Both the position numbers and the translations under genes were made by a program. Below, piece after piece: positions 9,321 through 18,755 of a DNA stretch of 64,000 nt (within the stretch, counting starts at the first letter, position 1; each line of letters opens with the position of its first letter). Below the pieces are notes generated by a model, which saw only the letters and a program-made list of their open reading frames with translations, did no database searches and was not told the origin of the DNA. Source of the DNA: Candidatus Sysuiplasma acidicola (GTDB lineage Archaea > Thermoplasmatota > Thermoplasmata > Sysuiplasmatales > Sysuiplasmataceae); NCBI GenBank assembly GCA_019721035.1, contig JAHEAA010000001.1:39991-103990 (forward strand), read 5' to 3'.

Positions 9321-9872
9321 TCATTGCCTGAGTTCCTCCCAAATCTCGATGAAACTGTCCACTATTGTTCCCGGCGGCGGTTCGTAGTTCAAAAGCAGCC
9401 GCGCCGTTTGTGCCTCGTTGGTCAGCCTGTACCCTCTGTCCTCTCCAGTAGAAGTCTTTGTTATGATGCCCCTCCTGGCGAGCTTGTTCAGATGATGTGA
9501 CAGCGTGGAAGGGGAAATGCCCATGGCCGGCAGCATATCTTTGTGTTGCGCGGTGCCATTCTTCAAAATAAAGAGAACAATCTGCAGTGGAATCCTCTGT
9601 CTGAGCAGCGCTATCGCCCTCTTCTCGTCCTGGGAGAGGGCATCCCTCTTCTGTTCTGCACCTATGGGATCTTTCGGATAATAACGCCTGTACTGCCCGT
9701 CGGATATTGCAGTGACTATGCCGTGCTTTTCAAGTGAATTCAGATGGTAATCCACAAGCGGAACGCTCTCTTCCAGTTGCCTTGCGATCTCCCTGAGATG
9801 GAGTCCAGGGAACTTGCAGACCTCCTCGAAAATCCGCTTCCTTGTCTGCAGCTCGAGGACGTCATCCTCCAA
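9321..9872 (-). CDS. Transcriptional regulator with two winged-helix (ArsR/MarR-like) domains
   Basis: 183 aa. Two HTH-like segments: LREIARQLEESVPLVDYHLNSLEKHGIV and DMLPAMGISPSTLSHHLNKLARRGIITK. Confidence 0.6.
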   Translation of the reverse strand: MEDDVLELQTRKRIFEEVCKFPGLHLREIARQLEESVPLVDYHLNSLEKHGIVTAISDGQYRRYYPKDPIGAEQKRDALSQDEKRAIALLRQRIPLQIVLFILKNGTAQHKDMLPAMGISPSTLSHHLNKLARRGIITKTSTGEDRGYRLTNEAQTARLLLNYEPPPGTIVDSFIEIWEELRQ

Positions 9873-9884
9873 TTAAGAATCCCC

Positions 9885-10175
9885 CTATCTCTTCAGCGTT
9901 GCGCCGAATATCAGTAGTAATATTGCAATGTCTATCAGACCAACTGCCGTGAAAAAGACCGGAAGAGCGAAAACAGGCTGGAAGAGCTCATAGGTGAAGA
10001 TGATGCCCTGAATAAAGAATAGGAAGAAGGAGACCGAAATCATTGCTATTCTTGCATTCCTCTTCTTCCTGAACGCGAGTATCGAAATGATGAAAAGGAC
10101 GAAGGCAACAACCGTGACCCATGCCGCCACGAAATTCTGGACTGTTGCGAAGCTTAGAAGGGACATTCCCTGCAC
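9885..10175 (-). CDS. Small integral membrane protein (2-3 TM helices)
   Basis: 96 aa, almost entirely hydrophobic helices with a KKRN cytoplasmic loop. Confidence 0.35.
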   Translation of the reverse strand: MQGMSLLSFATVQNFVAAWVTVVAFVLFIISILAFRKKRNARIAMISVSFFLFFIQGIIFTYELFQPVFALPVFFTAVGLIDIAILLLIFGATLKR

Positions 10176-10192
10176 TTTCCGGCCGTGCCGAT

Positions 10193-11215
10193 TCAGTTCC
10201 TGCGCCTGTAGGCTGCTGAAGCCGCCACCAGCACGATCGCGAGTGTCAGCGCAATGCCGTATATTATTATGTTTCCTGCCGCCTTGACGGCATTGTATAC
10301 AGCTGAGGTAATCGTCTGGGCGCTAATGCCTATCGTCGGATCATGTACTATCTTCTGGGCTGCAGGATAAGTAAGCGTGAGTTCCTGGCCTGAGAATGAA
10401 TAGCCCACGACCGCGCGCGTCCAGCCCTGCATACCACCGTTGGACACATAGGCGGTCTTGTTCCAGGCAAAGTAACCAGAATTATTGCCTTCTGTAAAAT
10501 TGAGCGCGAAACCATTATGCGTGCTGACTGCCGGCGGTATTCCAGATGGTGCGCTTATTTTCATCTGCAACGATATGTTACCAGACACTGGCGGACTTGT
10601 CTGCAGATTCATCGGGGAGGTTATGCTTGTGTTGATTATGATGAACGACAGCTTCACCTCATTCGGTGTGAGTGTCATCATTTTGCCCTGCATTGCCGGT
10701 GTTTGCACAGACGACGGTGCTCCGTTGACCTGGGCGATCATCGCAAACATCGTGTTTTCATGCAACACATATACGCCGAATTCCCTATATGAGCTATTGA
10801 AATTGTTGTTCATGGACATGCTCATATTGCTGTACATGGAGCTGTCCATGAGTGAGAAACCGGAATCGCCGAAATCTATCAGCGTCTCATTTCCGCCTGA
10901 TGCAGTGCTATAGACAAGTTTGTTTAGTGTTACTGCAAACTCCAGCGAAGAATTCTGCTGATTGGTGCTGTTTCTGAACGTCATGAGAAGCGTGTTTCCT
11001 GCAAAAACAAGTTCGAACTCGTTACTGTGCCCCGGAGGCGCTATCGACTTCGAGTCGATGCTGAAATATCCGTTGTTTGATGCATCGACTGAAACTTCCC
11101 TGTCCTGAGAGCCGTTGTCTGCCCTGGCAATAGAGCTGTATGCCAGAGGAACGAGCAGTACGGCAACGATCAGTATCGCGCCAATCTTGAGCGAGATGTG
11201 CTTATACATTCTCAC
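10193..11215 (-). CDS. Secreted, C-terminally anchored Ser/Thr/Asn-rich surface protein. Probable glycoprotein.
   Basis: 340 aa. N-terminal signal/TM MRMYKHISLKIGAILIVAVLLVPLAYSSIARA. Low-complexity N/S/T-rich body with many N-x-S/T sequons. C-terminal TM plus basic tail IIIYGIALTLAIVLVAASAAYRRRN. Confidence 0.5.
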   Translation of the reverse strand: MRMYKHISLKIGAILIVAVLLVPLAYSSIARADNGSQDREVSVDASNNGYFSIDSKSIAPPGHSNEFELVFAGNTLLMTFRNSTNQQNSSLEFAVTLNKLVYSTASGGNETLIDFGDSGFSLMDSSMYSNMSMSMNNNFNSSYREFGVYVLHENTMFAMIAQVNGAPSSVQTPAMQGKMMTLTPNEVKLSFIIINTSITSPMNLQTSPPVSGNISLQMKISAPSGIPPAVSTHNGFALNFTEGNNSGYFAWNKTAYVSNGGMQGWTRAVVGYSFSGQELTLTYPAAQKIVHDPTIGISAQTITSAVYNAVKAAGNIIIYGIALTLAIVLVAASAAYRRRN

Positions 11216-11301
11216 ACAAAATCAATCAGCGGGGTATAAAAGACTTCTTTAACACGTTTCGAATTGATTTACCCTTACGTGGAATGCCTGTCTGGTTTCT
11301 T

Positions 11302-11934
11302 TCAGGTTCTGATAAGGTTCTTGCAGGATGTGTCGCCTTTGCCTATACACGAGACGAGTTCCACTTCCGCCTTCCCGATCGGTTCCTTTACAAATGATGT
11401 GTCGCACTCATTGCACAGCACGCTTGAGAAGAGTTTTGCAGTCTTGTTGAAAATACAGTTGTGCCTGACCACAAATGTCTTTTCGCCGTCCTTTTCCACC
11501 GTTGCCATGAATCCCATCATGTTCAGGAAATTCACAACTTTACTGATGCGTTCTTCAACTGGCAGAGTGCTTTCACCCTCTGAGTCCTTGTTGAAATCCT
11601 TGACGACCTCTGAAATGAGCTGACTAAGAAGCACGTCGCCGCTTTTTTCGTGTATTTTCCGCATCAGTACGTTCAACAGTGTGTCGTAATGCTTCGGCAA
11701 CAGCTCAACTCCCAGCGGGGTGAGGTGATAAACCTTCCTCGGCCTTCCGACACCAAGATTGACAAAGCGCGATGAGATGATGCCCATTCGCTCCAAGGCA
11801 TCCATGTGTTCCCTGACGGCAGTCGTATTTATGCCAAGCAGGCCGGCAAGCTGCTGGCCAGTCTTTTCCCCTTCCCCAAGGCTCGCTATGATCTTCGCTT
11901 TCGATTCGCCGAGCATAGAGAGGTCAGAGTCCAT
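11302..11934 (-). CDS. Winged-helix transcriptional regulator with a Cys-rich C-terminal domain. Candidate Fe-S-sensing, SufR-like regulator of the adjacent suf operon.
   Basis: 210 aa. N-terminal HTH KIIASLGEGEKTGQQLAGLLGINTTAVREHMDALERMGII. Five Cys in the C-terminal ~50 aa (RHNCIFNKTAKLFSSVLCNECD...VSCIGKGDTSCKN). Transcribed divergently from sufC across a 134-bp gap. Confidence 0.55.
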   Translation of the reverse strand: MDSDLSMLGESKAKIIASLGEGEKTGQQLAGLLGINTTAVREHMDALERMGIISSRFVNLGVGRPRKVYHLTPLGVELLPKHYDTLLNVLMRKIHEKSGDVLLSQLISEVVKDFNKDSEGESTLPVEERISKVVNFLNMMGFMATVEKDGEKTFVVRHNCIFNKTAKLFSSVLCNECDTSFVKEPIGKAEVELVSCIGKGDTSCKNLIRT

Positions 11935-11982
11935 AGTTTCACTGTAATTCTTCAGCTATCTGCAGCTATTTAATTTTATGCA

Positions 11983-12008
11983 ATTTAAACACTAAGATAT
12001 GTTTAAAT
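11983..12008. promoter_or_regulatory. Inverted pair of TATA-like elements (ATTTAAAC-N10-GTTTAAAT) in the divergent regulator/sufC intergenic region. Candidate bidirectional promoter and/or operator.
   Basis: ATTTAAAC at 11983-11990 and its exact reverse complement GTTTAAAT at 12001-12008. They lie about 50 nt and 60 nt upstream of the two divergent start codons, matching archaeal TATA consensus. Confidence 0.35.
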
Positions 12009-12068
12009 AGGAAATGACTTATCGAATAGCATACACCCCAAAAAATCCTTCAAAAAAGAGGCGTTGCA

Positions 12069-12824
12069 ATGGTTTCAGAACTCGTGATAAAGGACCTGCG
12101 GGTCAGCATAGAGGGAAAGCAGATACTTAAAGGGATCAATCTCACTGTGAGGCAGGGAGAGGTCCACGCAATCATGGGACCGAACGGCTCGGGAAAGAGC
12201 ACTCTGAGTTACGCTCTGATGGGACACCCCAAGTATCATGTGACCGGTGGACAGGTGTTGCTGGACGGCGAGGATATCATGGCCCTGGCGCCGGACAAGA
12301 GGGCCAGATTGGGCCTCTTTCTAGGCTTTCAGTACCCGGTGGAAGTGCCCGGCGTGAGACTGGGCAATTTTCTCAGGATAGCTTATAACGGCGCTCACGC
12401 CGACAATCAGCTCAGCCCCACAAAGTTTTTCAGGCTGCTTAAGGAAAAGGTAAATCTCCTTGGCATCGATGAGAATTTCATAGGGCGCTCACTGAATGAA
12501 GGTTTCTCCGGCGGCGAAAAGAAAAGGGCTGAAGTGCTGCAGATGGCCGTGCTGCAGCCCAAATTCGGAATACTCGATGAGACAGACAGCGGCCTGGATA
12601 TTGATTCTCTCAAAATTGTTTCAAACGCGATAAACACCATGGCCGGTCCGGGCATCGGTCTCGTGCTGGTCACACACTACCAGCGTCTTCTGCAGTACAT
12701 CACACCGCAGTTTGTGCATGTTGTCGTGGATGGCAGAATAGTGAAGAGCGGCGGAAGAGAGCTGGCAAAGGAACTGGAGGAAAAAGGATATGACTGGCTC
12801 AAAGAACCGGCTATAACCGGGTAG
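12069..12824 (+). CDS. sufC: Fe-S cluster assembly ATPase SufC
   Basis: 251 aa. Walker A GPNGSGKSTL, ABC signature FSGGEKKR, Walker B ILDETDSGLD. A SufC-typical soluble ABC ATPase. Confidence 0.9.
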   Translation: MVSELVIKDLRVSIEGKQILKGINLTVRQGEVHAIMGPNGSGKSTLSYALMGHPKYHVTGGQVLLDGEDIMALAPDKRARLGLFLGFQYPVEVPGVRLGNFLRIAYNGAHADNQLSPTKFFRLLKEKVNLLGIDENFIGRSLNEGFSGGEKKRAEVLQMAVLQPKFGILDETDSGLDIDSLKIVSNAINTMAGPGIGLVLVTHYQRLLQYITPQFVHVVVDGRIVKSGGRELAKELEEKGYDWLKEPAITG

Positions 12825-12835
12825 AGGACATCGAC

Positions 12836-13213
12836 ATGGCATTTGACATTTATCAGGAAGAAATAATAGAACATTACAAGAAGCCTCAGAACAAGGGTGT
12901 GATAGAGCATCCGGACATGTTCAGCCACGGCAATAATCCGGTATGCGGTGATGACATAACTGTGTACCTTCGAGTCAACAACGATACAATCACTGATGTC
13001 AAGTTCGACGGACGCGGATGTGCCATAAGCCAGGCGTCCGCCTCCATGCTCACAGAAAAGGTGAAGGGCATGAAGCTGGCGGATGTTGCGAAGCTCACCG
13101 CAGACGACATAAAGGAGATGCTGCACATTCCACTCAGTGCTGTTAGAATGAAGTGTGCGACTCTTTCTCTTAACACGATTCATGAAGCAACAGCAGGAGG
13201 GGCTGTACGGTGA
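12836..13213 (+). CDS. sufU: Fe-S cluster scaffold / sulfur transferase, SufU-type (IscU/NifU-like)
   Basis: 125 aa. The three conserved Cys motifs are NPVCGDD, GRGCAISQASASM and RMKCATLSL. The KCATL motif is SufU-like rather than IscU HCSML. Confidence 0.75.
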   Translation: MAFDIYQEEIIEHYKKPQNKGVIEHPDMFSHGNNPVCGDDITVYLRVNNDTITDVKFDGRGCAISQASASMLTEKVKGMKLADVAKLTADDIKEMLHIPLSAVRMKCATLSLNTIHEATAGGAVR

Positions 13214-14142
13214 TTTGCAATGAAGTGAGAATGCAGTATGGTGACGACATACTGAGCAGGATAGGCAACACGCCTCTCCTGAGGCTCGAGAGGATCACGC
13301 AAGGCATGCCTCGAGTTCACATTTACGCAAAGGCGGAATGGTTCAACCCTGGAGGAAGTGTGAAGGACCGAACGGCGCTGGGTATCGTGGATGAGGCAAT
13401 AGTCTCGGGCAAACTCACAAAGAACAAAGTGCTGCTGGATGCTTCCTCGGGAAACACTGGCATAGCATACTCGATGATATGCGCTGTCAAGGGATTCAGA
13501 TCGACTATAGTGGTTCCCGGCAACATCGGGAAGGAGAAGCTCGAGATACTCAGGGCATACGGAGCAGAAGTAGTTCTCAGCAGCCCGATGGAAGGCACAG
13601 ACGGCTCGCAGAGACTTGCGAAAAAGATGGCCGAGCAGCATCCTGATCTCTACTTTTATGCAGACCAGTACAACAATGAAAGCAACTGGAAGGCTCACTA
13701 CTTACGCACTGGACGGGAGATTTTCGAACAGACAGAAGGTGAAATTGATTATTTCGTAGCCGGGCTCGGTACAGGCGGAACGTTTACCGGTGTGAGCCGC
13801 CTGCTGAAAGAGAGAAATAAATCAATAAGAACGGTGGCTGTCGAACCAGATTCCCCCTTGCACGGTATAGAGGGTCTGAAAAGAATGGACGCATCGGTGA
13901 GGCCCGGCATTTATGACGAGTCTATCGCTGATGAGCACGTCTATGTCAGCACCGAGGACGCGCAGAAGACGGTAATCAGAGCCGCCAGGACGGAAGGATT
14001 GCTTCTCGGCGTGAGCTCGGGAGCCGCGCTAAAGGCGTGCATGGACATAGCGGAGAGAGAAGGGAGAGGAAACATTGTGACGGTTTTTCCGGACAACGGT
14101 CAGCGGTATCTTGGCGAAAAGTTCTGGGAGGACAATCTATGA
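13210..14142 (+). CDS. cysM: PLP-dependent cysteine synthase homologue (CysK/CysM fold). Probable CysM-type enzyme that uses a protein thiocarboxylate.
   Basis: 310 aa. PLP-lysine motif GGSVKDRTALGIVDEA. Asn-loop and Gly-rich loop SSGNTGIAYS...GTGGTFTGV. The stop TGA overlaps the ATG of the downstream CysO-like gene (ATGA). Confidence 0.8.
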   Translation: MICNEVRMQYGDDILSRIGNTPLLRLERITQGMPRVHIYAKAEWFNPGGSVKDRTALGIVDEAIVSGKLTKNKVLLDASSGNTGIAYSMICAVKGFRSTIVVPGNIGKEKLEILRAYGAEVVLSSPMEGTDGSQRLAKKMAEQHPDLYFYADQYNNESNWKAHYLRTGREIFEQTEGEIDYFVAGLGTGGTFTGVSRLLKERNKSIRTVAVEPDSPLHGIEGLKRMDASVRPGIYDESIADEHVYVSTEDAQKTVIRAARTEGLLLGVSSGAALKACMDIAEREGRGNIVTVFPDNGQRYLGEKFWEDNL

Positions 14143-15569
14143 CTGCATCAAGTGTAAAGGTAATGATTCCCACGCCGCTAAGGCAGTATGTGGGTAACAG
14201 GGACACAGTTGAACTCAGGGGCGAGACGGTAGACGAAGTGCTGCGCAGTCTGGCCGATTCAAGCGTACAGCTGAAGAAACACCTGTATGACGACGGAGGG
14301 AAGATACGGAATTTCGTTAACGTGTACTTGAACGAGGAGGACATACGCTACCTTGAACGCGGCAGGACACAGGTCAGGGAAGGCGACGTGATAGCGATCA
14401 TTCCATCTATCGCCGGCGGCGCTGCCGGACTGGAGGAAGCATTCTCGTACGAAGACATACAGAGATACAGCCGCCATCTGCTTCTGCCCGAAGTGGGTCT
14501 GGAGGGCCAGCTCAAGCTGCGAAATTCCAGTGTGCTGGTTATCGGCGCGGGCGGTCTCGGCTCACCTCTGCTGCTTTATCTGGCCGCCGCGGGCGTAGGA
14601 ACAATTGGTATTGTCGACTTCGACACAGTCGACTTCAGCAACCTTCAGAGGCAGATTATACATTCACAGAAGGATGTCGGAAGGAAGAAAATCGATTCTG
14701 CGGAAGAGAAGATAAAGGGAATAAATCCGCACATCAGGGTCGTCAAGCATGAAGTTCAGATAACTTCTGAAAATGCGTTTGACATCATACGCAATTACGA
14801 CGTGGTGATAGACGGCACAGACAATTTTCCGACGCGTTACCTCGTCAACGATGCCTGCGTGCTGCTCGGAAAACCAAATGTCTACGGCTCCATTTACAGA
14901 TTCGAGGGACAGGTGTCGGTGTTCGATGCAAAAAGGGGTCCATGCTACAGGTGCCTGTATGAGAATCCCCCGCCTCCAGGACTCGTTCCATCCTGCGCAG
15001 AAGGAGGAGTCGTCGGCGTTCTTCCGGGAACGGTCGGAACGCTTCAGGCGATGGAAACAATCAAGCTAATACTCGGCCAGGGCGAACCGCTGATTGGTAG
15101 GCTTCTTCTGTTCGACGCGATGAAAATGCGCTTCAAGGAACTGAAACTCAGAAAGAATCCGGACTGTCCTGTCTGTGGAACCCATCCGACAGTGACCGAG
15201 CTCATAGACTACGAGCAGTTCTGCGGCATAACACATAATGCCGAAGCCGAAGGAGATGTGATTACTGTTGAGGAGCTGAACAGAAAATTCGGCGCAGGCG
15301 AATCGTTTGTGCTCCTCGATGTAAGGGAACCGCAGGAATGGGACATATGCCGCATAAACGGCGCGAAGCTCATTCCGATGAATGATGTCCCGGCAAGGGT
15401 AAGCGAACTCAATACGGCTGACGACATCATTGTGTACTGTAAGGCGGGACAGCGCAGCGCATACGTAATGAATTTCCTGAAGGATATCGGTTTCAGAAAG
15501 GTCAGGAATCTTAAGGGCGGCATCAATGCATGGGCGGAAAAAGTGGATCCGTCCTTGCCGAGGTACTGA
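14139..15569 (+). CDS. In-frame fusion of a CysO/ThiS/MoaD-like beta-grasp sulfur carrier (residues 1-96, ending ...IIPSIAGG) to a MoeZ/MoeB-type E1-like adenylyltransferase with a C-terminal rhodanese domain
   Basis: The first ~96 aa align along their length with M. tuberculosis CysO (IPTxLR...FVNxYxNEEDxRx...GDxxxIxPxxAGG). A 4-aa linker follows. Then E1 motifs RYSRHLLLPEVGLEGQLKL, GAGGLGSPLLLYLAAAGVG and a Zn tetracysteine CYRC...CPVC. The rhodanese domain has catalytic Cys in YCKAGQRS. No stop separates the GG from the E1 domain. The start is the ATG at 14139, which overlaps the cysM stop. Confidence 0.8.
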   Translation: MTASSVKVMIPTPLRQYVGNRDTVELRGETVDEVLRSLADSSVQLKKHLYDDGGKIRNFVNVYLNEEDIRYLERGRTQVREGDVIAIIPSIAGGAAGLEEAFSYEDIQRYSRHLLLPEVGLEGQLKLRNSSVLVIGAGGLGSPLLLYLAAAGVGTIGIVDFDTVDFSNLQRQIIHSQKDVGRKKIDSAEEKIKGINPHIRVVKHEVQITSENAFDIIRNYDVVIDGTDNFPTRYLVNDACVLLGKPNVYGSIYRFEGQVSVFDAKRGPCYRCLYENPPPPGLVPSCAEGGVVGVLPGTVGTLQAMETIKLILGQGEPLIGRLLLFDAMKMRFKELKLRKNPDCPVCGTHPTVTELIDYEQFCGITHNAEAEGDVITVEELNRKFGAGESFVLLDVREPQEWDICRINGAKLIPMNDVPARVSELNTADDIIVYCKAGQRSAYVMNFLKDIGFRKVRNLKGGINAWAEKVDPSLPRY

Positions 15570-15612
15570 CGATGAATATCAATGTGGCAGGTAATGAAAT
15601 GGAAGTGATTAA

Positions 15613-17016
15613 ATGGTAAACGAACAGGCAATAGATCGTGACTACAGCAAGTATGGATTCTATGATGAAGACGCGAAGTACGTCTTCCAGACCAAGAGAG
15701 GTCTGAGCAAAGAAGTCGTGGAAGCCATATCGAAACACAAGAATGAACCGCAGTGGATGCTGGACTTCAGACTCCGCTCGCTGGACTTGTTTAACCGGAA
15801 ACCGCTCCCCGCATGGGGCACGGATCTGAGCGAGATAGACTTCGATAGCATCTATTACTACATGGCGCCATCGGGCAAGAACAGCGACAGCTGGGACGAT
15901 GTGCCCGATTACGTGAAGAGAACATTCGACAAACTCGGGATACCGGAGGCGGAAAAGAAGTTCCTAGGCGGCGTCGGGGCTCAGTATGACAGCGAGGTCG
16001 TCTACCACAAGATACGCGAGGACCTGAGCAAGAAGGGTGTCATCTTCATGGGCACCGACGAGGGCCTTAGAGAGCATCCAGAAATATTCAAAGAATACTT
16101 CGGCACGATCATACCACCAGAAGACAACAAGTTTGCGGCGCTCAACAGCGCCGTCTGGAGCGGTGGCAGTTTCATCTATGTGCCGGAAGGCGTCGAGGTC
16201 GACATACCGCTGCAGGCGTATTTCAGGATCAATGCGAGGAGCGTCGGTCAGTTCGAGAGGACGCTGATCATAGCGGAGGAGAAGAGCCGCATACACTACA
16301 TCGAAGGCTGCACGGCACCGACATATTCCAAGGATTCGCTGCATTCCGCGGTCGTGGAGATACTGGCGAAGAAAGGTGCATACGTCCGCTATACCACCAT
16401 TCAGAACTGGTCCAACAATGTTTACAATCTGGTAACCAAGAGGGCGTTTGCGCATGAGGACGCGACCGTTGAGTGGATTGACGGAAACATAGGATCGAAA
16501 CTGACAATGAAATATCCGTCCGTATACCTGCTGGGACCAAGAGCAAAGGGTGAGGTGATATCCATAGCCTTTGCTGGCAGGGACCAGCATCAGGATGCCG
16601 GAGCGAAGATACTGCATTTCGCGCCTGAGACGACGTCGAGGATCACGTCGAAGAGTGTGAGCAAGGACGGCGGAAGGACAACATACCGCGGTCTCCTGCA
16701 CATAGAGAAGGGCGCCACTGCGTCAAAGAGCAGCGTCAGATGCGACGCACTGCTGCTTGACGAAAAGTCCAGAACGGACACATATCCATACAATGAGATT
16801 AATGAGGAGACTGCGTCGACAACGCACGAGGCAACAGTCGGAAAGATAAGTGAGGAGCAGCTGTTCTATCTGATGTCCAGGGGACTGAGCGAGGCAGACG
16901 CCCTCAACATGATCGTCATGGGTTTCCTCGACGTATTCTCGAAGGAACTTCCCATGGAGTATGCGGTCGAGCTGAACAGACTGATACAGCTCGAAATGAC
17001 CGGTTCCGTCGGGTGA
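15613..17016 (+). CDS. sufB: Fe-S cluster assembly protein SufB
   Basis: 467 aa. Conserved SufB core [23 protein letters not shown]. Length and homology extend across the whole protein. Confidence 0.9.
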   Translation: MVNEQAIDRDYSKYGFYDEDAKYVFQTKRGLSKEVVEAISKHKNEPQWMLDFRLRSLDLFNRKPLPAWGTDLSEIDFDSIYYYMAPSGKNSDSWDDVPDYVKRTFDKLGIPEAEKKFLGGVGAQYDSEVVYHKIREDLSKKGVIFMGTDEGLREHPEIFKEYFGTIIPPEDNKFAALNSAVWSGGSFIYVPEGVEVDIPLQAYFRINARSVGQFERTLIIAEEKSRIHYIEGCTAPTYSKDSLHSAVVEILAKKGAYVRYTTIQNWSNNVYNLVTKRAFAHEDATVEWIDGNIGSKLTMKYPSVYLLGPRAKGEVISIAFAGRDQHQDAGAKILHFAPETTSRITSKSVSKDGGRTTYRGLLHIEKGATASKSSVRCDALLLDEKSRTDTYPYNEINEETASTTHEATVGKISEEQLFYLMSRGLSEADALNMIVMGFLDVFSKELPMEYAVELNRLIQLEMTGSVG

Positions 17017-18443
17017 ACCTGAAACGACGGTGCTCCGTTATGGCAGTAACAACACGCGACTTGCTCAAACCGGCCGAGTCGGACCTTCCCGAAATCATTG
17101 GTGAACCCACGTGGTTGAAGGAATATAGGAGACATGCACTGCGGGTGTTCAGCTCATCGAAGGTCGAACCGAATCCGCTGTATGTGAAGTATGAGACACT
17201 CACCAGGTTTGAGGCGGCGGGCGTGGCGGTCGCGGAGCCACCCGTAAAGACGGACAGCATAACGGGGGGTTTCGCCGATCTCGTTAGCAGCAGCACATTC
17301 ATGCTGCAGTCCGGAGGAGCGTTCCATATTGCAGGCGACCTGCCACCGGGCGTTATTTTCGAGGAGATGCACGATGCGATCACGAAACACGGCAATATGC
17401 TAAAGGAAGCATTCGGCAGGAAGGGTCTGAGTCCAGAGGACGACGTCTACGTCGCACTCAACAGTGCCATGTTCTCCTCCGGATATTTCCTGCATGTGCC
17501 GGACGGCGTCGTGCTTGAGAGCCCGATACACATACTCAATATCGAAGATGTTCCGGGCACCGCAAGATTCAACCAGAACATCGTGCAGATTGGTGATAAT
17601 GGCGGTGCAACTGTCATCGAGGAGATACTATCCCCTGAAGATTTCTCCCGGAAGTCGTTGTTTTCCAGCGTGACAGATGTGATGCTCGGCCGGAACGCAG
17701 AGCTGCATCATGCATCTCTTGAGAACCTTTCCTCCGGAGCAGTATACCTTTCCAGCAAGAGGTGTCTCGCCTCGAGCGACAGCAGGATGCACTGGGTTTC
17801 CAGCATGATGGGGTCGGATGTGACCAGATCGCGCGCTGATACCAGATTCGTGGGCCGTGGCGCATCTACTGACGATTACGAGATATTGTTCGGCAACGGC
17901 AAACAGCGATTTGACGTGGTGACCGATTTACACCACGATGTCGAGTCCACAAACGGCCGGATTACCGTCAGAAGCGTGCTGAAGGGACAGTCAAGGGCTC
18001 TTCTTCGCGGCATGATCAGGATTGGCGAGAATGCGGCGAATACAAACTCCTATCTTGCGGAACACGGCATGCTCATGAGCAAGGACGCAAAGTGCGACGC
18101 CATACCCGGACTGGAGATACTGACGAACGGCGTCAAGGCCACACACTCCGCGTCAGTTTCCCAGCTGGACGATCAGCAGCTGTATTACATTCAGTCGAGG
18201 GGTCTTGACAGGGATGAGGCCGAAAAGATGCTCGTTCTCGGTTTCTTTGATCCGGTGATTTCAAGAGTGCCGCTGGATACAATACGCGACAAGCTGCGAT
18301 TCCAGATAGAGGATAAATGGAACAATGTAGTATCGCTAAAAGCATCCAGGCATCTCGATGAAATTGAATTTGAGAAGTATGTCAAGGACCAGATCAAGGG
18401 ACCGGGAGAAAGCATTTTCGAAGGGCACTACAAGTACAGGTGA
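17013..18443 (+). CDS. sufD: Fe-S cluster assembly protein SufD
   Basis: 476 aa. SufB/SufD beta-helix family. ATGA overlap with the sufB stop. Position and length are typical of SufD. Confidence 0.85.
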   Translation: MNLKRRCSVMAVTTRDLLKPAESDLPEIIGEPTWLKEYRRHALRVFSSSKVEPNPLYVKYETLTRFEAAGVAVAEPPVKTDSITGGFADLVSSSTFMLQSGGAFHIAGDLPPGVIFEEMHDAITKHGNMLKEAFGRKGLSPEDDVYVALNSAMFSSGYFLHVPDGVVLESPIHILNIEDVPGTARFNQNIVQIGDNGGATVIEEILSPEDFSRKSLFSSVTDVMLGRNAELHHASLENLSSGAVYLSSKRCLASSDSRMHWVSSMMGSDVTRSRADTRFVGRGASTDDYEILFGNGKQRFDVVTDLHHDVESTNGRITVRSVLKGQSRALLRGMIRIGENAANTNSYLAEHGMLMSKDAKCDAIPGLEILTNGVKATHSASVSQLDDQQLYYIQSRGLDRDEAEKMLVLGFFDPVISRVPLDTIRDKLRFQIEDKWNNVVSLKASRHLDEIEFEKYVKDQIKGPGESIFEGHYKYR

Positions 18444-18755
18444 GTGTCTTTGCCCTTCACAAAGGTGGCGTCCAGGACGGATTTTATGGGGCGAAGCATA
18501 AAGAAGGTCGATGTGGACGGCCGCAGCATCATGATAATAAGGCTGGGTGAAGAATACCACGCACTGGATGCCACGTGCACGCACGAGGACGCAGATTTGT
18601 CCAGAGGCATTCTCATGGGACGGACGATAGTGTGCCCCCTTCACCTGTCGCGATTCAGCGTCGACACCGGTGAAGTGGAGAATCCGCCGGCGACAGAGCA
18701 TCTGCAGAAGTATGAACTTAAAGTGGAAGGAGACGATATACTTGTCGAACTGTGA
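18444..18755 (+). CDS. Rieske [2Fe-2S] ferredoxin-like protein
   Basis: 103 aa. CTHEDADLSRGILMGRTIVCPLH is the CxH-x15-17-CxxH Rieske motif. Similar small Rieske proteins occur inside actinobacterial suf operons. Confidence 0.8.
   Translation: MSLPFTKVASRTDFMGRSIKKVDVDGRSIMIIRLGEEYHALDATCTHEDADLSRGILMGRTIVCPLHLSRFSVDTGEVENPPATEHLQKYELKVEGDDILVEL

Noticed and set aside
15964-16701. 245-aa minus-strand ORF inside sufB
   Set aside because: It is antisense to strongly conserved SufB and has no domain features.
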